Assembly: GCA_965202585.1 (NCBI GenBank)
Contig: OZ241830.1
Location: forward strand, 70,804,001-70,868,000
Direction: 5' to 3'
Length of the DNA: 64,000 nt
From: Thalia democratica
Taxonomy: Eukaryota
In this document: one piece after another, positions 13,942 to 27,900 of the stretch
Layout: each line of letters opens with the position of its first letter
Position numbering within the stretch: the first letter of the stretch is position 1
Program-made: the position numbers and the translations under genes
Notes under the pieces: generated by a model
Databases searched by the model: none
The model's input: only the letters and a program-made list of their open reading frames with translations
What the model was told of the DNA's origin: nothing

Positions 13942-14288
13942 CTATTCTTCGTCATAATCGCTCATAATTTCATCGATCCACTCACTGCTCGCTTCCGAAC
14001 CAAAAGCTTCATCCGCGAGGTTAGTGAAAACTTTCGGTCCCGCGCCTCCCGCCACGCGTTCCCAGNNNNNNNNNNNNNNNNNNNNNNNNNNNNNNNNNNN
14101 NNNNNNNNNNNNNNNNNNNNNNNNNNNNNNNNNNNNNNNNNNNNNNNNNNNNNNNNNNNNNNNNNGCCCCGACGCTGAACGTCGGCTTGTCGCCTTGCTG
14201 CCTGGCGCAAATGTGCGCTCGCAGTCGCAACATTTTCCTCGTGCCTCGGCTTGATCATCGGAAACGTGCATTCTGCGTACATGTTCAT
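13942..14288 (-). pseudogene. C-terminal exon of the inactive trypsin-like domain, copy 1 (interrupted by N gap)
   Basis: Near-identical to 42653-42969 on both sides of the gap. Confidence 0.65.
14066..14165. other. Assembly gap (100 N) inside the C-terminal protease exon
   Basis: Run of N; the collinear sequence in copy 2 is 70 bp (42777-42846). Confidence 0.98.
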
Positions 14289-14902
14289 CTATTGTACATG
14301 AAATTTGTGTAAAAAAGTTTGTAATATGATTTTAAACTAAACAATAACTTTCGAAAAAAAAACTATTATTACGGGTACAAAAATTATTTACAAACAAATT
14401 ATGTTTTCAATTTACTACAAAAATATACATCAATCTAGTTATTTTATTTCCGAAGTTATACATTCATTTCTAAAAAACTCAGAATTTAATTACCTATAAA
14501 AAAAACTTAAAAAGTTTAAATAAAAAACTATAAGTTCTGTTTCTAATAAAATTGTTTTAAAATTTTCTCAACTGACTTACTTTACATACAAAGGTTTTTA
14601 ATAACTAAACTAACTTTGAACATGAAAAGTATGTAATCTTTGGTAGTACTATTACGTCATAATAATGAACATCATTGTAGAGCTTATAAAACATCTAAAA
14701 TTTTCTTACAGCATGAAAGCTTAAATACTTGTATCATACATAAATGTTAATATTTAATATTGAAAATTTTTTGAATTTTCTTCTGACCGAAACTGTCCAG
14801 ATAAGTGAATAAGCACTGTACTGTAAAAACAAATCTTTCATACCACTAATGCAAAACAACTAAACACCATGTCAGCTTTCAAAAGTATACAAGTTAACAA
14901 AC

Positions 14903-15128
14903 CTGTTTCTTTTCGCTTTCAACGGCAACAAGTTTTGAAACGGCAGGGTCTATGGTGGAGCTGTCAATGAGGAGGGAGTTTTCCTTCACCTCTCTCAGTA
15001 TTCCCTCATCTCCACAATAAACTTCTTTTACGTGGGTGGAGTTGGGCAGCATGGTGACTATCTTGTCGCACTTCATTGCCACTTGCCTGGGCGATGAAGC
15101 TATCACCCCGCCTGCATCTTCGATTTTC
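14903..15128 (-). pseudogene. HIBADH: Orphan internal exon of 3-hydroxyisobutyrate dehydrogenase
   Basis: 226-nt exon with acceptor caacAG and donor CAG/GTTTGT. Encodes KIEDAGGVIASSPRQVAMKCDKIVTMLPNSTHVKEVYCGDEGIL..LLIDSSTIDPAVSK, which matches the HIBADH NAD-binding domain. No neighbouring HIBADH exons were seen. Confidence 0.8.
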
Positions 15129-15182
15129 CTGTTGAGTGCAATTGTTGTAAACACATATTTCTGTATTTAAATTGATATTTAA

Positions 15183-15793
15183 GGGCATAGGGGGGCCCAC
15201 CTTGATGTTTACAAGATGATCTTATTTTATTGAGGTTTATCTGAGCTATCAGACATTTTTAACCGCTTGAAAAGATTCAAAGTAATTTTTGAGATATGAG
15301 CGATCAAAGTCAGTGACCTCAATAGGTTCCTAATGAAAGGCACAAACTAAAAAGACCATTTCACTAAAAACATATCTTCTCCTTCATTTTTTAAGCAATC
15401 TTCTTCAAATTTTCACAGAAAGTGTATTATTAAACTTTAAAAAGATTGAATAAAGGAGTTTTTTTAACTCTAAAAAATAATTTTTTTGTTAAAAAAACAC
15501 CTTTTTTTTTCTTTAATCTAAAATTTTTATTTTTAATATTTTTAAAAATCCAACATCTTTTAAAGTATAAAATGAACGTTTCGTGAAAGTTTGAGGTCTC
15601 TAGCTCAAAAAGTGCAAAAAAATTGCGCTCCATACATTTGTATTGGAAGATTTTTATAAAAACTACAATATCTCAAAAGTTAAATAAGATTTTTTAATTC
15701 TTTTCAAACTTGCTTAAAGTTTTCACTTCAAGCTTTCATATAAGATCCAATGTTATTTTTAGTAAAAAAAAATGTCGGATCTCCCCTATGCCC
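15183..15793. mobile_element. Non-autonomous Kolobok-like DNA transposon (about 610 bp)
   Basis: TTAA on both sides and TIR GGGCATAGGGG..CCCCTATGCCC. RR..YY termini with a TTAA target are Kolobok hallmarks. Confidence 0.7.
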
Positions 15794-18700
15794 TTAAAAT
15801 GCATATTAAAAAAAATTTAGATCCACATGATTAAATCTTACTTAAAACTAAATCAGTTTTGTTTAATGGTTTATCAAAATATTAGCATAAAAACATATTT
15901 AAGAAAGTTGTGCAAAAACCACAATTAGACACTTAATTTTAACAAAATGTTAAAGTAAATAAAAACAAAAGTAAATAAGCAAACATTTAAGTCCATTAAA
16001 TTAAAAAAACAAATAAATATGATTACATTTTTTACTTTTTTGCTTCAGAGAAGCAAATATTTTTTCAAAGGTTACATGACAATTCAAATTCGGACAACTC
16101 AAATTCTTAAAAAATATTTAAAAGACTATATCTCAAAAAGTATTATAAGTATGAAAAATATAAAAAATGCGTATGTAGATCTTATAAATATCTACAAACC
16201 ACTTTTATCTTCTTTGAAAATCTGTAATATTTTTAAAGATATGTCAAAAATACAAAAAATAACAGTATTTTTTACTTTAATAAAGCCATATTTCAAAAAA
16301 TATTTAATTTTTTGAAAATTAAAATAACCGCCCGTAGATAATATTATGATTTACATTTTAATTTTTATTTTAGATAAATATACATGATTTTTTTATTTTT
16401 AGCTGATTCAATTTTTTATTAAGTATTTGAACTGTCTGAATATAAATAGTCGTGCACCCAGAAAAAAATATTCACTTTTTTAAGGGTACTGATTAAGTGT
16501 AGTTTAAAATTAGAATCTTACTTTTGGTAAATTTATTGCACATAAGTTTATAAAAATTTATATACTATTGAACACTTATATTCTAACATTTTTTTATTTA
16601 CAGTTAACCCATTCAGTAACTATGTCATAAAAAATATTAACTTAATAAAGAACTATATTATTTCTAAAATTACTGCACATATAGATGTAAAAATCTGCAT
16701 TGTACTTGAAAAACATTATTTAAATTTTTATAAAATCAAGTTGATCAATAAAAAATGTCTCTAGAATTTTTGCAATTAATAATTATTTGAACAATACCAT
16801 ATTTACTGAATAGATAAAGTTGAAGTTTTTAAAAAAATTACATAATGATTTTAAATAGATTTTAAAATCTGCATTTGAAGTAACTTTGACAAAAGTATGG
16901 ATCTGGTTTTCAATCTAATAAAAAAAGAAGTGTATAAATAATATCTGTATTTCGGTGAAAAAATACATCTGAAACAAACAAACTTATTGGTAATCAATCA
17001 CACTAACTAGTAAAAAATACAATGTTACTTATCTAGAATTCATGTTTAAAAGATTATGAGCCTCTAAAAGACTACAAACCTTTGTGAAGGACTTAAAATT
17101 TACAGAGACTAGCTAAATACTTTTCCTAAATGGTTGTTTGCGAAAGGCTTTCTCTGGACAATCTAGAACATTACTTGTAAAAGGTTGCTAACCCCTGGTT
17201 TAGAGTCTGAACTGCAGCTTTTGCTAGTCAAATATGGTCCCTAAGCAAAAATCTGTTGTCTCAAAATTACTCTTCAACAAAGAAGTTTGAAGAAAATTAT
17301 CATTTTTAAACAGCAATAGAAAAAATTATTGCGGTATAAATATCAATTAGGCCTATTTATAAGCTATGTGACTATTGTACAATACTGAACTTATATTAAG
17401 ACTTAATTTGTAGAGATGGTGAAAAAAGATCATCTGCTGAATTTGCAATAAAAAATGTATACATTTATATCATTTAAAACAGTTTTTTTTTACTTGTCAC
17501 CTGCATTTTTTAATACACTTATTTTGGTAAAAAAATATAAGTACTTTCTCTCTTTTTTTTAAAGTAGCCTGATGGTGTAAAGGTCTTAATATGGGTCTGA
17601 AAACTTTTGGATGATTGTTGCAAAAAAAAAACATAAATGTATGCTAAAAGATTTTGTACATTAGAATACACCAGAGAGTTAAATTAAATATCATACTAAA
17701 AAATAATCCAAATAAAAGTGTGCATTTTTATGTCTCTAGTAATTGTTTTGTGAAGCTTGAATTATTTATTTTTCTCATAATAATTTTTAATTGTAAAATA
17801 AATTTTTCGTGTGTGGGGTTTTCAGATTCTCTTAATGATAATATTTAAATTCTATTTGTTAAAATGTTGCCAGATCAAACCTGCTAATTGTAACATAACT
17901 ATATATAAAAAATTAACAAAATTTTATAAAGTAAATATTTAAACGCAAAAAAACAACAAACACTGTACCAACTGACAGATGTTCTAACTTGTGATAATAA
18001 GTAACAAAAATAGATTTAAAAATATCACTTACAAAACTTATTGTATGATCTTGGGTCCCCCACTCCTATACCTCAACTCAGTTTCAGAAGGAATTCCATC
18101 TTCAAAACTAGATGTTTTCTTCAGATCAGCCTTCTCCTAATACCAAATAGGCTTGCTCAGTTCATTTGTTCTTTGGTGATGACATTAAGTTGGTTTTAAT
18201 ATATTTTCTGTTAGAAGTTTAACAATTTGTCAATATTAAGCTTTTATTTGTGTTGGGTATCTTGATAATTTTTTTTTCTGTTTACATAAATTAATTTGTC
18301 TGTTTGTACTTTAAAGTATTTGTATAAATATGTATAAATATTGTATAAATTTGTATGGTTTGAAAGTTTCAATGACTTGAAAGATTTATTTAAGTTAATA
18401 TAAATGAAAAACTTTAGACTTTTACAGCTCACAAGTAGTTAATGTTCATAACTTTCCAAAAACAGACTAAGTTCTAAGACATAATTAGTCTAGCAACATA
18501 AGAAGTTTTTACAGCAGTATTATGTCAGCACTTATTTAATTAAATAAACCAAATAAATGAATTAAGAAAAATTTAAACTGATAATATTTGTGGCTTAAAA
18601 CTGAGCTTGAATAGTTTCAGAAATATCTTAACATAATGATGGCACAATCATTCATGAATATTTTGATAATTGTGTCTTTATTTAGCATTCACTCACTATG

Positions 18701-19520
18701 AACAATGTGGCTTTTTATTTTCTACCTGCTTCAAAAAGTTGTTATATCAGTGACTACGAAAACTCAGTAGTTTTGGCAAATATGGCAAAACGATTGAAAC
18801 TAAATTATAACTAAAATGAGTTTGCAAAAGTTAAACGTAATGATATTACCAGATGAAAATAAAGTCATTAAGTTAAATGTAATTAATCTTATGCAAATTG
18901 TTAAGTAATAAACATCTTTAAAACAAACAGAAAAAAAAAGTAAAATTTAGAGTTGAAAACTCAGTCTATACTTTTTTATAAAGTTGTCAATGTAGTTTAT
19001 ATGAGCACAATGAATTACTGTAGCTTAAATATTAAACAATACGTTCAACCAATTATCTTTAATGTAGTAAAAAAGGTAGAAATTAAGAAAAACTTCAAAA
19101 GAATAAACTGAAATGATAATAAGATATAAACAATTTATTTTTTACCAAAAAAAAAAAGTATCTAAGGTTTAAGATTATGTAAAATAAAAAGTATTTTGTG
19201 TTCGAAAAAGCTAAAAACCACCCTGCTGTGCTAAGATAGTGTTTCAATTTGTAGTTTTTATGAATTCTCTAAAGTCTTACATTTTAATGTGACATCACAA
19301 TAAAATAGTACTTTGCAAAATATTTTTTTCAATGAATATTCTTTTGAGAAAAGCACTTGTAGTAAAAACACCTTAGATGCTGTAGGTGTAAAGTAACTCT
19401 AAAACTTTTTTTTTTCTTTTTTATACTGTTTATGTGAGCTTTGTACAATACTTAAGCAAACTCTATTTGATTGTAAGTATTTTTGAATTTAAAACTTGAT
19501 GATTGTTGCTCATTTTATCT

Positions 19521-20420
19521 TCTAACATTGTGTGAGTAAGTTTAAGAAAGCATTTGACCTAGTTTGGCATTCAACAGTCTTGGAAATTTATGTTGATAAT
19601 TTATATTCTTTTTCTCATGCAATACCTTTGAAAAATTTCTTTATTTAATCTTCTAGTTCATCACAGAACCATATATCTTTATTCATAAAAATTGTGATAA
19701 GTTTTTATACTTACAAGTATGGCATGTTCAGACAAGATCAATTGGCTTGAATGCACTTACTTAATGCAAAAAAAATCATCAAGAGGCTTTAAAAACTTGC
19801 ATATCAGCCTCTGAAATCTTTGAAACATTATTGTAAAGTGAAATAAGTAGAGAAAAATTCAAAAGAATTCTTATATTTCTACATTGTGTGAGTAAGTTTA
19901 AGAAAGCATTTGACCTAGTTTGGCATTCAACAGTTTTGAAAGTTTATGTTGATAATTTGTATTGTTTTTCTCATGCAAAACTTTTGAAAAATCTTTATAT
20001 TATCTTCTAGTTCATCACATAATGCATACATCTTTATTCATAAAAATTATGACAAGTTTTATACTACAAGCATGACATGTTCAGACAAGATCAATTAGTT
20101 TGAATGCACTTACATGATGCAAAAAAAACCATCAAGAGGCTTCAAAAACTTGCATCTCAGTCTTTGAAATCTTTGAAACATCATTGTAAAGTGAACTGAG
20201 CAGAGAAAAATCCAAAAGAATTCTTATGAAAAATCTTTTGAACCTCTGTAAAATTTTTAAACTCCTAGCTTTTTTCAAAAGTCTTTATAAGTTGTAACTT
20301 TGGATTTCTCCTACATCTTTAGATTAGGCAATGGATCACACTTTTTTGGATTCATATTAAAAGATGAGTACCTACTACAGCAGCTGTTGAGGTTAGTTTG
20401 TTTAATAGTTAATTAGATTG
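19521..20420 (+). mobile_element. Decayed CR1/L2-type LINE RT fragment with a tandem internal duplication of about 350 bp
   Basis: KFKKAFDLVWH (D.SKAFD.V.H motif) in both repeats (19521-19874, 19878-20227). A C-terminal relic W..(V)..A.V..LF.S*LD follows. Confidence 0.65.
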
Positions 20421-22319
20421 TTTAAATTTGTGCAAAACTTAGTATTTATTGCTAGGGTTACCAGTAATACTAGTTGAATATTCAGTAACAAAGTTAAGGT
20501 TTTTTGGATATTTACAGTAAATCTTGATATTTTGTCTTAAAGTTTTAGATTTTCTATTTATTAATTGTTGAGTCCTTTTGTTACTATTAAATTTTTTGAG
20601 TTCTCATGCTTGAATAACAATAAGCTTTAGATGTTAATTAAGTTTTGCACAAATTCATATTAGCTATTCATAGAGTTGTATCCTTGGTTTATAAACATAT
20701 ATTTGCTTTGTTGGGCTTAATTCTCCTAACATTACTAGGCTATCTTAAATTAAGAGAAAACTTAAATAAGACTCAAAAATAAAAAAAATCACTTAAAATT
20801 AGCAACATTTGTGCTAAGCTTAATATGCTTGTATAAAGAAGTTTTGTATTCATGAATGAAGCCCAAAGAGACAGCAAGCTAATCTAAGTGTAGAAGTTTA
20901 TTTACAACAAAAAATTAAGTTGGTTAGTTCTGATTGTATTAATGTAGTTTATATATATGTAAATTAATAATTTGTAATAAGAGTTACTTAAAGTGTGCAT
21001 AAAAGATAAGTAGGAAGAGTAGTTATAAAACCAAGTTGTTATTAGTTTCAAAACTGTTTTAATTGTTATAAAGTTTTAATTTTTTATTCATTTTTTTACA
21101 AAAGAAAACAGTTAAACCACATCAGGATTAGGTTTGCTAGTAAACAAAATGTTCCAAAATTTTAAGTTTACACTCATATATTTACAAAGCAATTCACAGC
21201 AAGCAAAATTTAAAAGTTGTTAGTGTATATTTGTATGAGGTTTATTCTCACCTTTTTTTAATTTTTCTCTTCTTCTATCACTAACTTCTTTTTGTTCTTT
21301 TATCTATCAACAATTTCTTTTGTTCATATGTTTGCACTAATAAGCATTTATCAACAACTTGCTGTATTGTTTTTATGTATATGACAAATGTAAAGACTCA
21401 ATTTTGGTAATAGTATAAATATACAGCCATAAAGATTTCAAATGATGCAATTATTTGACAAGCTTTGAAATGAACTACAGGCTAATAAACATATGTTATT
21501 GACACAAAGTAGTATGGTTTAACTGTTTTGGTTTGTAACAATGTATTAAAATGATAAGTTCAAAACATCAAACACCTTTAATTTGTATGCACACTTTAAG
21601 AAACACACAATAAGTTGTCTGAGATCAGTGATTAAACAAAGCAATTAAGTAAGCATTCAAAGTCTATTAGTGAATATATAAAGTAAATTAAAGTATACTA
21701 GTTAATAAGTAGTGATGGTAGTAACAGCGCAAACCTTTGTATTTATTAGATTGCTAAATAATTAATTTACAATGAGACCGATTTAACTATCATGGATAAA
21801 CTTTAGCTTGATAAGTTACATGACGAGTAAAGTGATATTCTTTAGTAGGAACAGTATAAAACTGAAGTTACCAAGAATATAAACAATTTTTTACAATTTT
21901 AAAGATTTATTTGACAAAAATATAGTTACTACTTGAATCAAAGTAATTTTAACTGTTTAGATGAATCTCAAGTGGTGTTTTATTTTTGATTAATTTAAGT
22001 TTTATACTGTTTTTAAAAGGTTATCTAAATAAAATCAGTTTACATAAGCAAGTTAACTGACTATTGTTTAAATATATACATAGAATACAGTTCAATCATA
22101 TAAATAGATTTGTCAATGTACACATTTAAAAGGTCTGTAGTTTCTTTCTTTTTTTATTTGCTTTATTTTCTGTAAATTAAAAAGTACACCTATCTATGAG
22201 GTTGATGAACTGTTTTCCATGTATATGTAAAACATTAGGTACTTAACCAGGATGATGTAGTATCTGTATTCATTTGTTTTTGGGTTTTAACCCTAACTTA
22301 AACATGTAGTTTTAACAAA

Positions 22320-22770
22320 ATAAAGGCATCTATAAGGTACGCCTTCTAAGAATTACGCACTCGCATAAGGTACGCACTAGTTTTTTAGTAACACTTTCTC
22401 TGTTGTAAGTAAAGGTTTTTTTTAAGTACTACGCACCCGCATAAGGTACGCATTAAATTTTAATAACACATTATTTGCATTAATTAAACAGGCTTCTAAA
22501 ATAAGGTACGCACTAAATTTTTCAGGCCCCCCACCCATATTTTCAAAAATGGGGAATTCCCCAAACCGAAAATTGATGGGAAATTTTTGATGAAGATTAT
22601 TTAAAATATTTTTTTTTTAAGACATTTCGCCGGCTCCGCCGGCGAAAAATTTTTCACATTTTTCCTTTTCTCTTTTTCTTCACGGCCTTTTTTCTTGAAG
22701 GCCACCTTTTTCTGTCAAAAGGACCGTGAGTAGCGTAACTGTCAAACAAATATGCGTTGTATTTGTACGG
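22320..22770. repeat. DNA-transposon-like end with four ATAAGGTACGC subterminal repeats and a GC hairpin (copy 52120-52560)
   Basis: ATAAGGTACGC at about 22332, 22365, 22441 and 22501. Hairpin TTTCGCCGGC-TCC-GCCGGCGAAA at 22625-22647. Confidence 0.5.
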
Positions 22771-22925
22771 TCTTTATCTGTTATCTTTTACTAACCTTGA
22801 GCTTATGTGATCTAACTTATTGATGTGAAACCATTAAAGGCCTGACGGTAATATCAGTTATAATTTTTTAGTTATTGACTGAGTGGTTTTATGTTTATGA
22901 GTTTGAAAAGTAAGTTTAGGGTAGC

Positions 22926-23030
22926 GGACAAGAATTAAAAAAAAACAAAGGGCTACGGCCGGTCGATGACACGGTGCTCCGCACCTGTCATCTCCCCGGC
23001 CTGCCCTTAGTTTTTTTTTAATTCTTGTCC
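22926..23030. repeat. 105-nt imperfect palindrome (copy 52715-52820; partial right arm near 23155-23188)
   Basis: GGACAAGAATTAAAAAAAAAC..GGCCGG..GATGACA.GGTGC-TCC-GCACC.TGTCATC..CCGGCC..GTTTTTTTTTAATTCTTGTCC. Confidence 0.85.
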
Positions 23031-24672
23031 TTTAGGCCCGGTTACTATGCTGGTCGGCACCTAATTAGTTTTTTGTTTGATGTACGAGTAGTTACGCACG
23101 TTCTTATAGCATGTTATTTTTCTCTTAACATATAGTTTTATATAGATGTAAGTGGCCTGACCTTAGTTTTTTTTTAATTCTTGTCCTTGGCTACTACGCT
23201 GGTCGGCACCTTTATTAGCTATGACTTGGATGTACAAGTAAATGTGCTCGTACTTCTAAGTGCAACTAAATTGATTTATCTAGAAGTTAAGTTATAAGAT
23301 ATGAAAGACTAACTTGACAGCTGTAATTTACTCATGGGCAGTTTGTTTTGATTTTACGGTACTTCTACATAAACTATTTTCTTCTTAATTTGTCCACATA
23401 TGATTAGAGATTTTTACAAATCATTTGCGTTTATTATACCTTTTCTGCTTTTTTCCACATTAAATCCGTGAATTTTGTTAAATTTCATTTATTTCAAGTT
23501 TTTATATTGTTGCGTCATAATGCGGTAGTTTAACTTTTTTAAATGTATTGGTTTTTTGCTAACGCTTATGTAAAATATGAAAGTCATATTAATAAAATGT
23601 AGTTTTAAGCAATTAACTTTCTATTAATAGAAGAATAGCATCAATTATATTAAGATTTCTAGTTTTTTTAATGAATGATCGATTTAACTCATTCTTTCTC
23701 GTCCCTTAACTATATCAAATAAACAAACTTTAGTTTACTTGTACTTTACACTTCCAAACACAGATTCAGTAGATCAAACTTTGTGTATATTCTTTTTTCT
23801 AAAGTGTTAGTCCATAAACACAACTTGTTTAATGCTTTATTTTTTTGTGTTTTATTATGCTTCTTTAGTTTTAATCTGTTGTAGTTGCCTTGTTTGATAG
23901 GTTGTTTCTGCTTGCAAATATAACTTTAAAACCTTATTTTGAGTTTTATATCTATGCTTTTACTTTTCGGCTAATTTATACATTTGATCTACATGTGACT
24001 CAGTTTTAATTTCTGAACAATCTTTGTGGCTATTCCTTTACGTTTATTAAAAAAGTCATTTCCTAACTGTTATATAGTTTATTGTTCATTTTTTGATGTT
24101 AGGGTTAATTACACATTAGTGTTAGTTAACTTCACATTAAATTCTTAATTTTTTATTTAGCATATTGTTGCGTCATAATGAGGTAGTCTCTTTTTTTTAA
24201 TAACTTATTAGGTTTTTGCTTCTTATGTAAAATACATGCAAGTTATATTTATAAATTTATTTTAAAGCAAACTTTCTAATAATGGAAGAATATCATCAAT
24301 TATATCAAGCTTTACTAGTTTTTTTTATGTTTTAGTCTGTTGTAGTTGCTTTGTTTGTTATTTATTGGTTGTTAATGCTTGCAGGGACCACTTACATATG
24401 CATAATAAGTAGTGGATAATATGTTTTTTTAATAAATTCTTGTATCTAAGCATATATGGTAAGCAACTAGTAACATTTAATTGCCTGGTCTCGTTTGATT
24501 TAGTTCAAACGAGAGAAACATTGTTTCGTTATTAAAGTTTAAAATATTGAATTGATTATTCTCCTTATTATTTAGTCAAAAACTTTCATTGTGATCTATA
24601 AAGTAAAAAGTACACAATACTTCAATGATACTAATAACTACTTTTTATGTTTATTGTAAAATTTAGATCATT

Positions 24673-24963
24673 CAGGGTTGCCAAAAAACCTAGAACTTGT
24701 GAAATTTTGAAAAAACTTTGAATTTTTAACAACTTTTACATGTTAAGTAGTAGAATCTTGGTTTGACGCGAATAATCTATCAAATGTATAAATACTTTTT
24801 GTCATCATATTTTTTTTATTTAAAAATACATTTAAAGTAGCTTCATAGTAATGTTGTTATGCTGTTTAACACAGTTTTTTTACCTTAAACTTAACTTTTA
24901 ACTAAATATAGAACAATGAACGTGTAATTTGAAAAACCTAGAAGAAACCCAGGGGCAACCCTG
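24673..24963. mobile_element. MITE with CAGGGTTGCC termini (copy at 57928-58208)
   Basis: 10-bp TIR CAGGGTTGCC..GGCAACCCTG; flanks ATCATT/ATCATA. Superfamily not assigned. Confidence 0.7.
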
Positions 24964-27900
24964 ATCATAAATCTTGTTTTTATCAATTTCGATATCAAAC
25001 AATCATTGTTGTTTGTTTTCCTACTATTTTATTTTGATAGAGCAGTGTTTCTTACTTAAACAGTTTTATTCATGTAATACTAAACTTAAATTAAACAAAT
25101 ATTCAAACTACAACCAACTCTTATGATTTTATCATTAATTATCATCTTGTTGCGCTAGTTTATACTGTTGTATTTATTGCATTGAAAAATATTTATTTCA
25201 CTCGAAATTCAATGAGATTAAAAGTAAAGTTACCATTTTTTAAGTATATGTATTTTTGAGTTGAATCCAAAAATCCGTGAATTTTTTTCAACTAGATATG
25301 TGACAACCCTGTATATATTTACACTATAAAACTGGCGAATTGATAAACTGGTTACCAGCTTTAGGTAATATTTTTAAACCGAACAGAGTTACACCAATTA
25401 AGTAACTGTTTTATTTTTGAGGTCTTGTTTATAATTTTTTAAGAATAGTTTTTGAAGTAGCAAAGTCTTTGTATACAAGAATGAAAATATCATACATACT
25501 TGTCTTGTCTAAATTATATTTTTTCTTATAAGAATTTGGTATCTTCAAATTTGAATGTTTGTAATGCGTGAACATTTAATTTAAAGATTTTGTATTTTCT
25601 TACTGATTTAATCTATGTAAACACAAGGGTACCATTGTCTCAAAACTGTAGATTACGCTTGGGCTTTATGTAGCCCAACTAACTCGTTTCTACTATTTCT
25701 TTAGTTAGTTTACTAATATTATTCTCATTTTTTATTGAACTTTTAAGTCGTTTTAAAAGGTTAATTTTGGTAGAATTTTTCAAGGTAAGTAGTGTATATT
25801 TATCTATATATTTAAAAGATTAAACTGTTTCCTTTAAGTAATAATTACAGTTCAAATATACATCCCACTTAGAGGCTTTAAAAGTTTAAAGTTTTTGTTT
25901 AAAGTTGTTTTTCAGCTGTATTTTATGTTGTGCAATTTAAGCCAAACTTTTGGTCTACAAGGTTGTGTATACCATACATAATGTTTGCTAATGTCTTATC
26001 TAAGCACAAACTTGCTGTTTAGTAATTTAAAAGAATTTAATTCCCTAGTTCGTATATTTTAAAGCGCATCTACTTAATATAAGTATTTTCTTGCTAAGCC
26101 ATAACACTGTTCTTATTTTAAATAACAAAGGCATTTTACTTACGTAAAATGAATAATACAGGTACGCTTGGGCCTTATGTTATATACGTAAAAATGTGTG
26201 ATATTTGTTTCTCAAGTATTGTATTACTAATAATAAATACTTAAGACCTTAATCTTTAAATTTAGATCATCAGTTTGGTTTTAATTGTCTAGTTAAGCAC
26301 TTAATAATTTGCTAATTATCACTAGTTCACCCTTTTATTAACTTATATTTCTACATTAATTTTGTTTATTTTATACTTATCACTTTGTTGATCAGTATTT
26401 CTTAAGTAAACAATTAAGTATGCATCCAGTTTTAATCAATACCTTACTGGGCTTAAAATAAATTTATACTAAAATTACTTTCAATTCTTTTTACTTGATC
26501 TTTATTTGTCATCTTGTTGCGCTGTTTAATGTGGTTATTTCCAATTTTATGTCCAATTTTATTTCCAATTATTAAAATAAACGGTCCTAAACAAAAAAAT
26601 CAATTAAAATATAATGAGTCTGAAATAAATACTGGCAAAGTTATAAAACTAAGCCAATCAAGTAACCATTTCAATTTCGAGGTCGTATTTTTTTAGCTGT
26701 TTTAAGTGTCATTTGATTCTATAAGATTGCATAAATAATGGTCTTATTTTCTGTCAACTAATTTGCAAATTTCCTTAGTTTAACATGTTTTAAAGCTCGT
26801 CTACGTGGTTTAAACTTTTTTGAACATTTATTTTTTTCAAATCTGTATATAAAGAAAGGTTAGAAAACGGTGAAGTGGATTTATTTAGCCTTATATTAAT
26901 TAGTTTTAATTTATTTATGGGTCAATCTAAGTCTTACCAAACAAAAACGGATCATGTTTTAGTTAATGTTTTATTGTTATTACTGTAGAATTACTTGAAA
27001 GTTTGTTTAAAAATAAATGGTTTTTCATGAGTTTGTTCTAAAGTTGGTTTATAAGTCTAATTCGTTATTATATTCTAAATTTATTTTTTCTTGATTTAGT
27101 TCTACTTCGATAAATTTTGGTTTAAAAAAGAGTTTTGTGTTATAAAGTTTGTTTTACTCATGGTTTAGATGTATTTTTAGTTTAGTAATACCTCATTGTT
27201 TTGTTGATGTTACTGTAAAATAACTTAACAATTTAAATACCAAGGTTTACTTAAAAAATTTTCCACGGGTTCTCTTTAGTTAATAATGTTCGTAAATAGT
27301 TTTAGTTCTTTTAATTGCAAGTATATAAGCATTTTCTATTAAGCCAAAATAGTTTTCAATCAAGTTCAATAATAAACGTCTTAGTTTGTCCACATAAAAT
27401 TGTTTGCATTGTTTAAGCAACGAAGTATCTTTTTTTATCCATTAAGGTTAGGTGTTTTAGTTGAAATTAATTTAGTCTTATCACACACTATTATTACGTC
27501 ATCATATAGCCTCATTAAGTATGGTATTTTTCTCTAAATTTTAATAACATATGCTTTAAAATGTCAAGATGTATTGATGAAGAGCTTCTTTTAATGTTTT
27601 ATCATTCACGTTCTAGTTTTTTTCTTAGTTATTGCATTGTTATTCGTTTGTTAATTATTACACTTATTTTGTTTATTATTAATAATCTGTAGAACTACTT
27701 GGTCGGTTTGATTTTGGATGCAATTAAACGTTAGGTTATTAGAAATCTATACATGTATTTATACTTAAGTGAAGCAGTTGTTTACGGTTTTAATACTGTT
27801 TTCCTTTAATTTCACTTCATAACTACAAATAATCCTGCTTTGAACTACCTTATTTACTCAGACTATTTACTCTACATATAATTTTACTAAAAAAGTCTGT

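Noticed and set aside
16019-16315. AT-rich ORFs such as 11235-11903, 15430-15633, 16019-16315, 28680-28931, 40697-41319, 45882-46133 and 56253-56519
   Set aside because: Low-complexity K/I/F/L/N composition, no motifs, and often disrupted in the duplicate.
22625-22647. Helitron 3' terminus
   Set aside because: GC hairpin present but no CTRR end at the expected distance on either strand.
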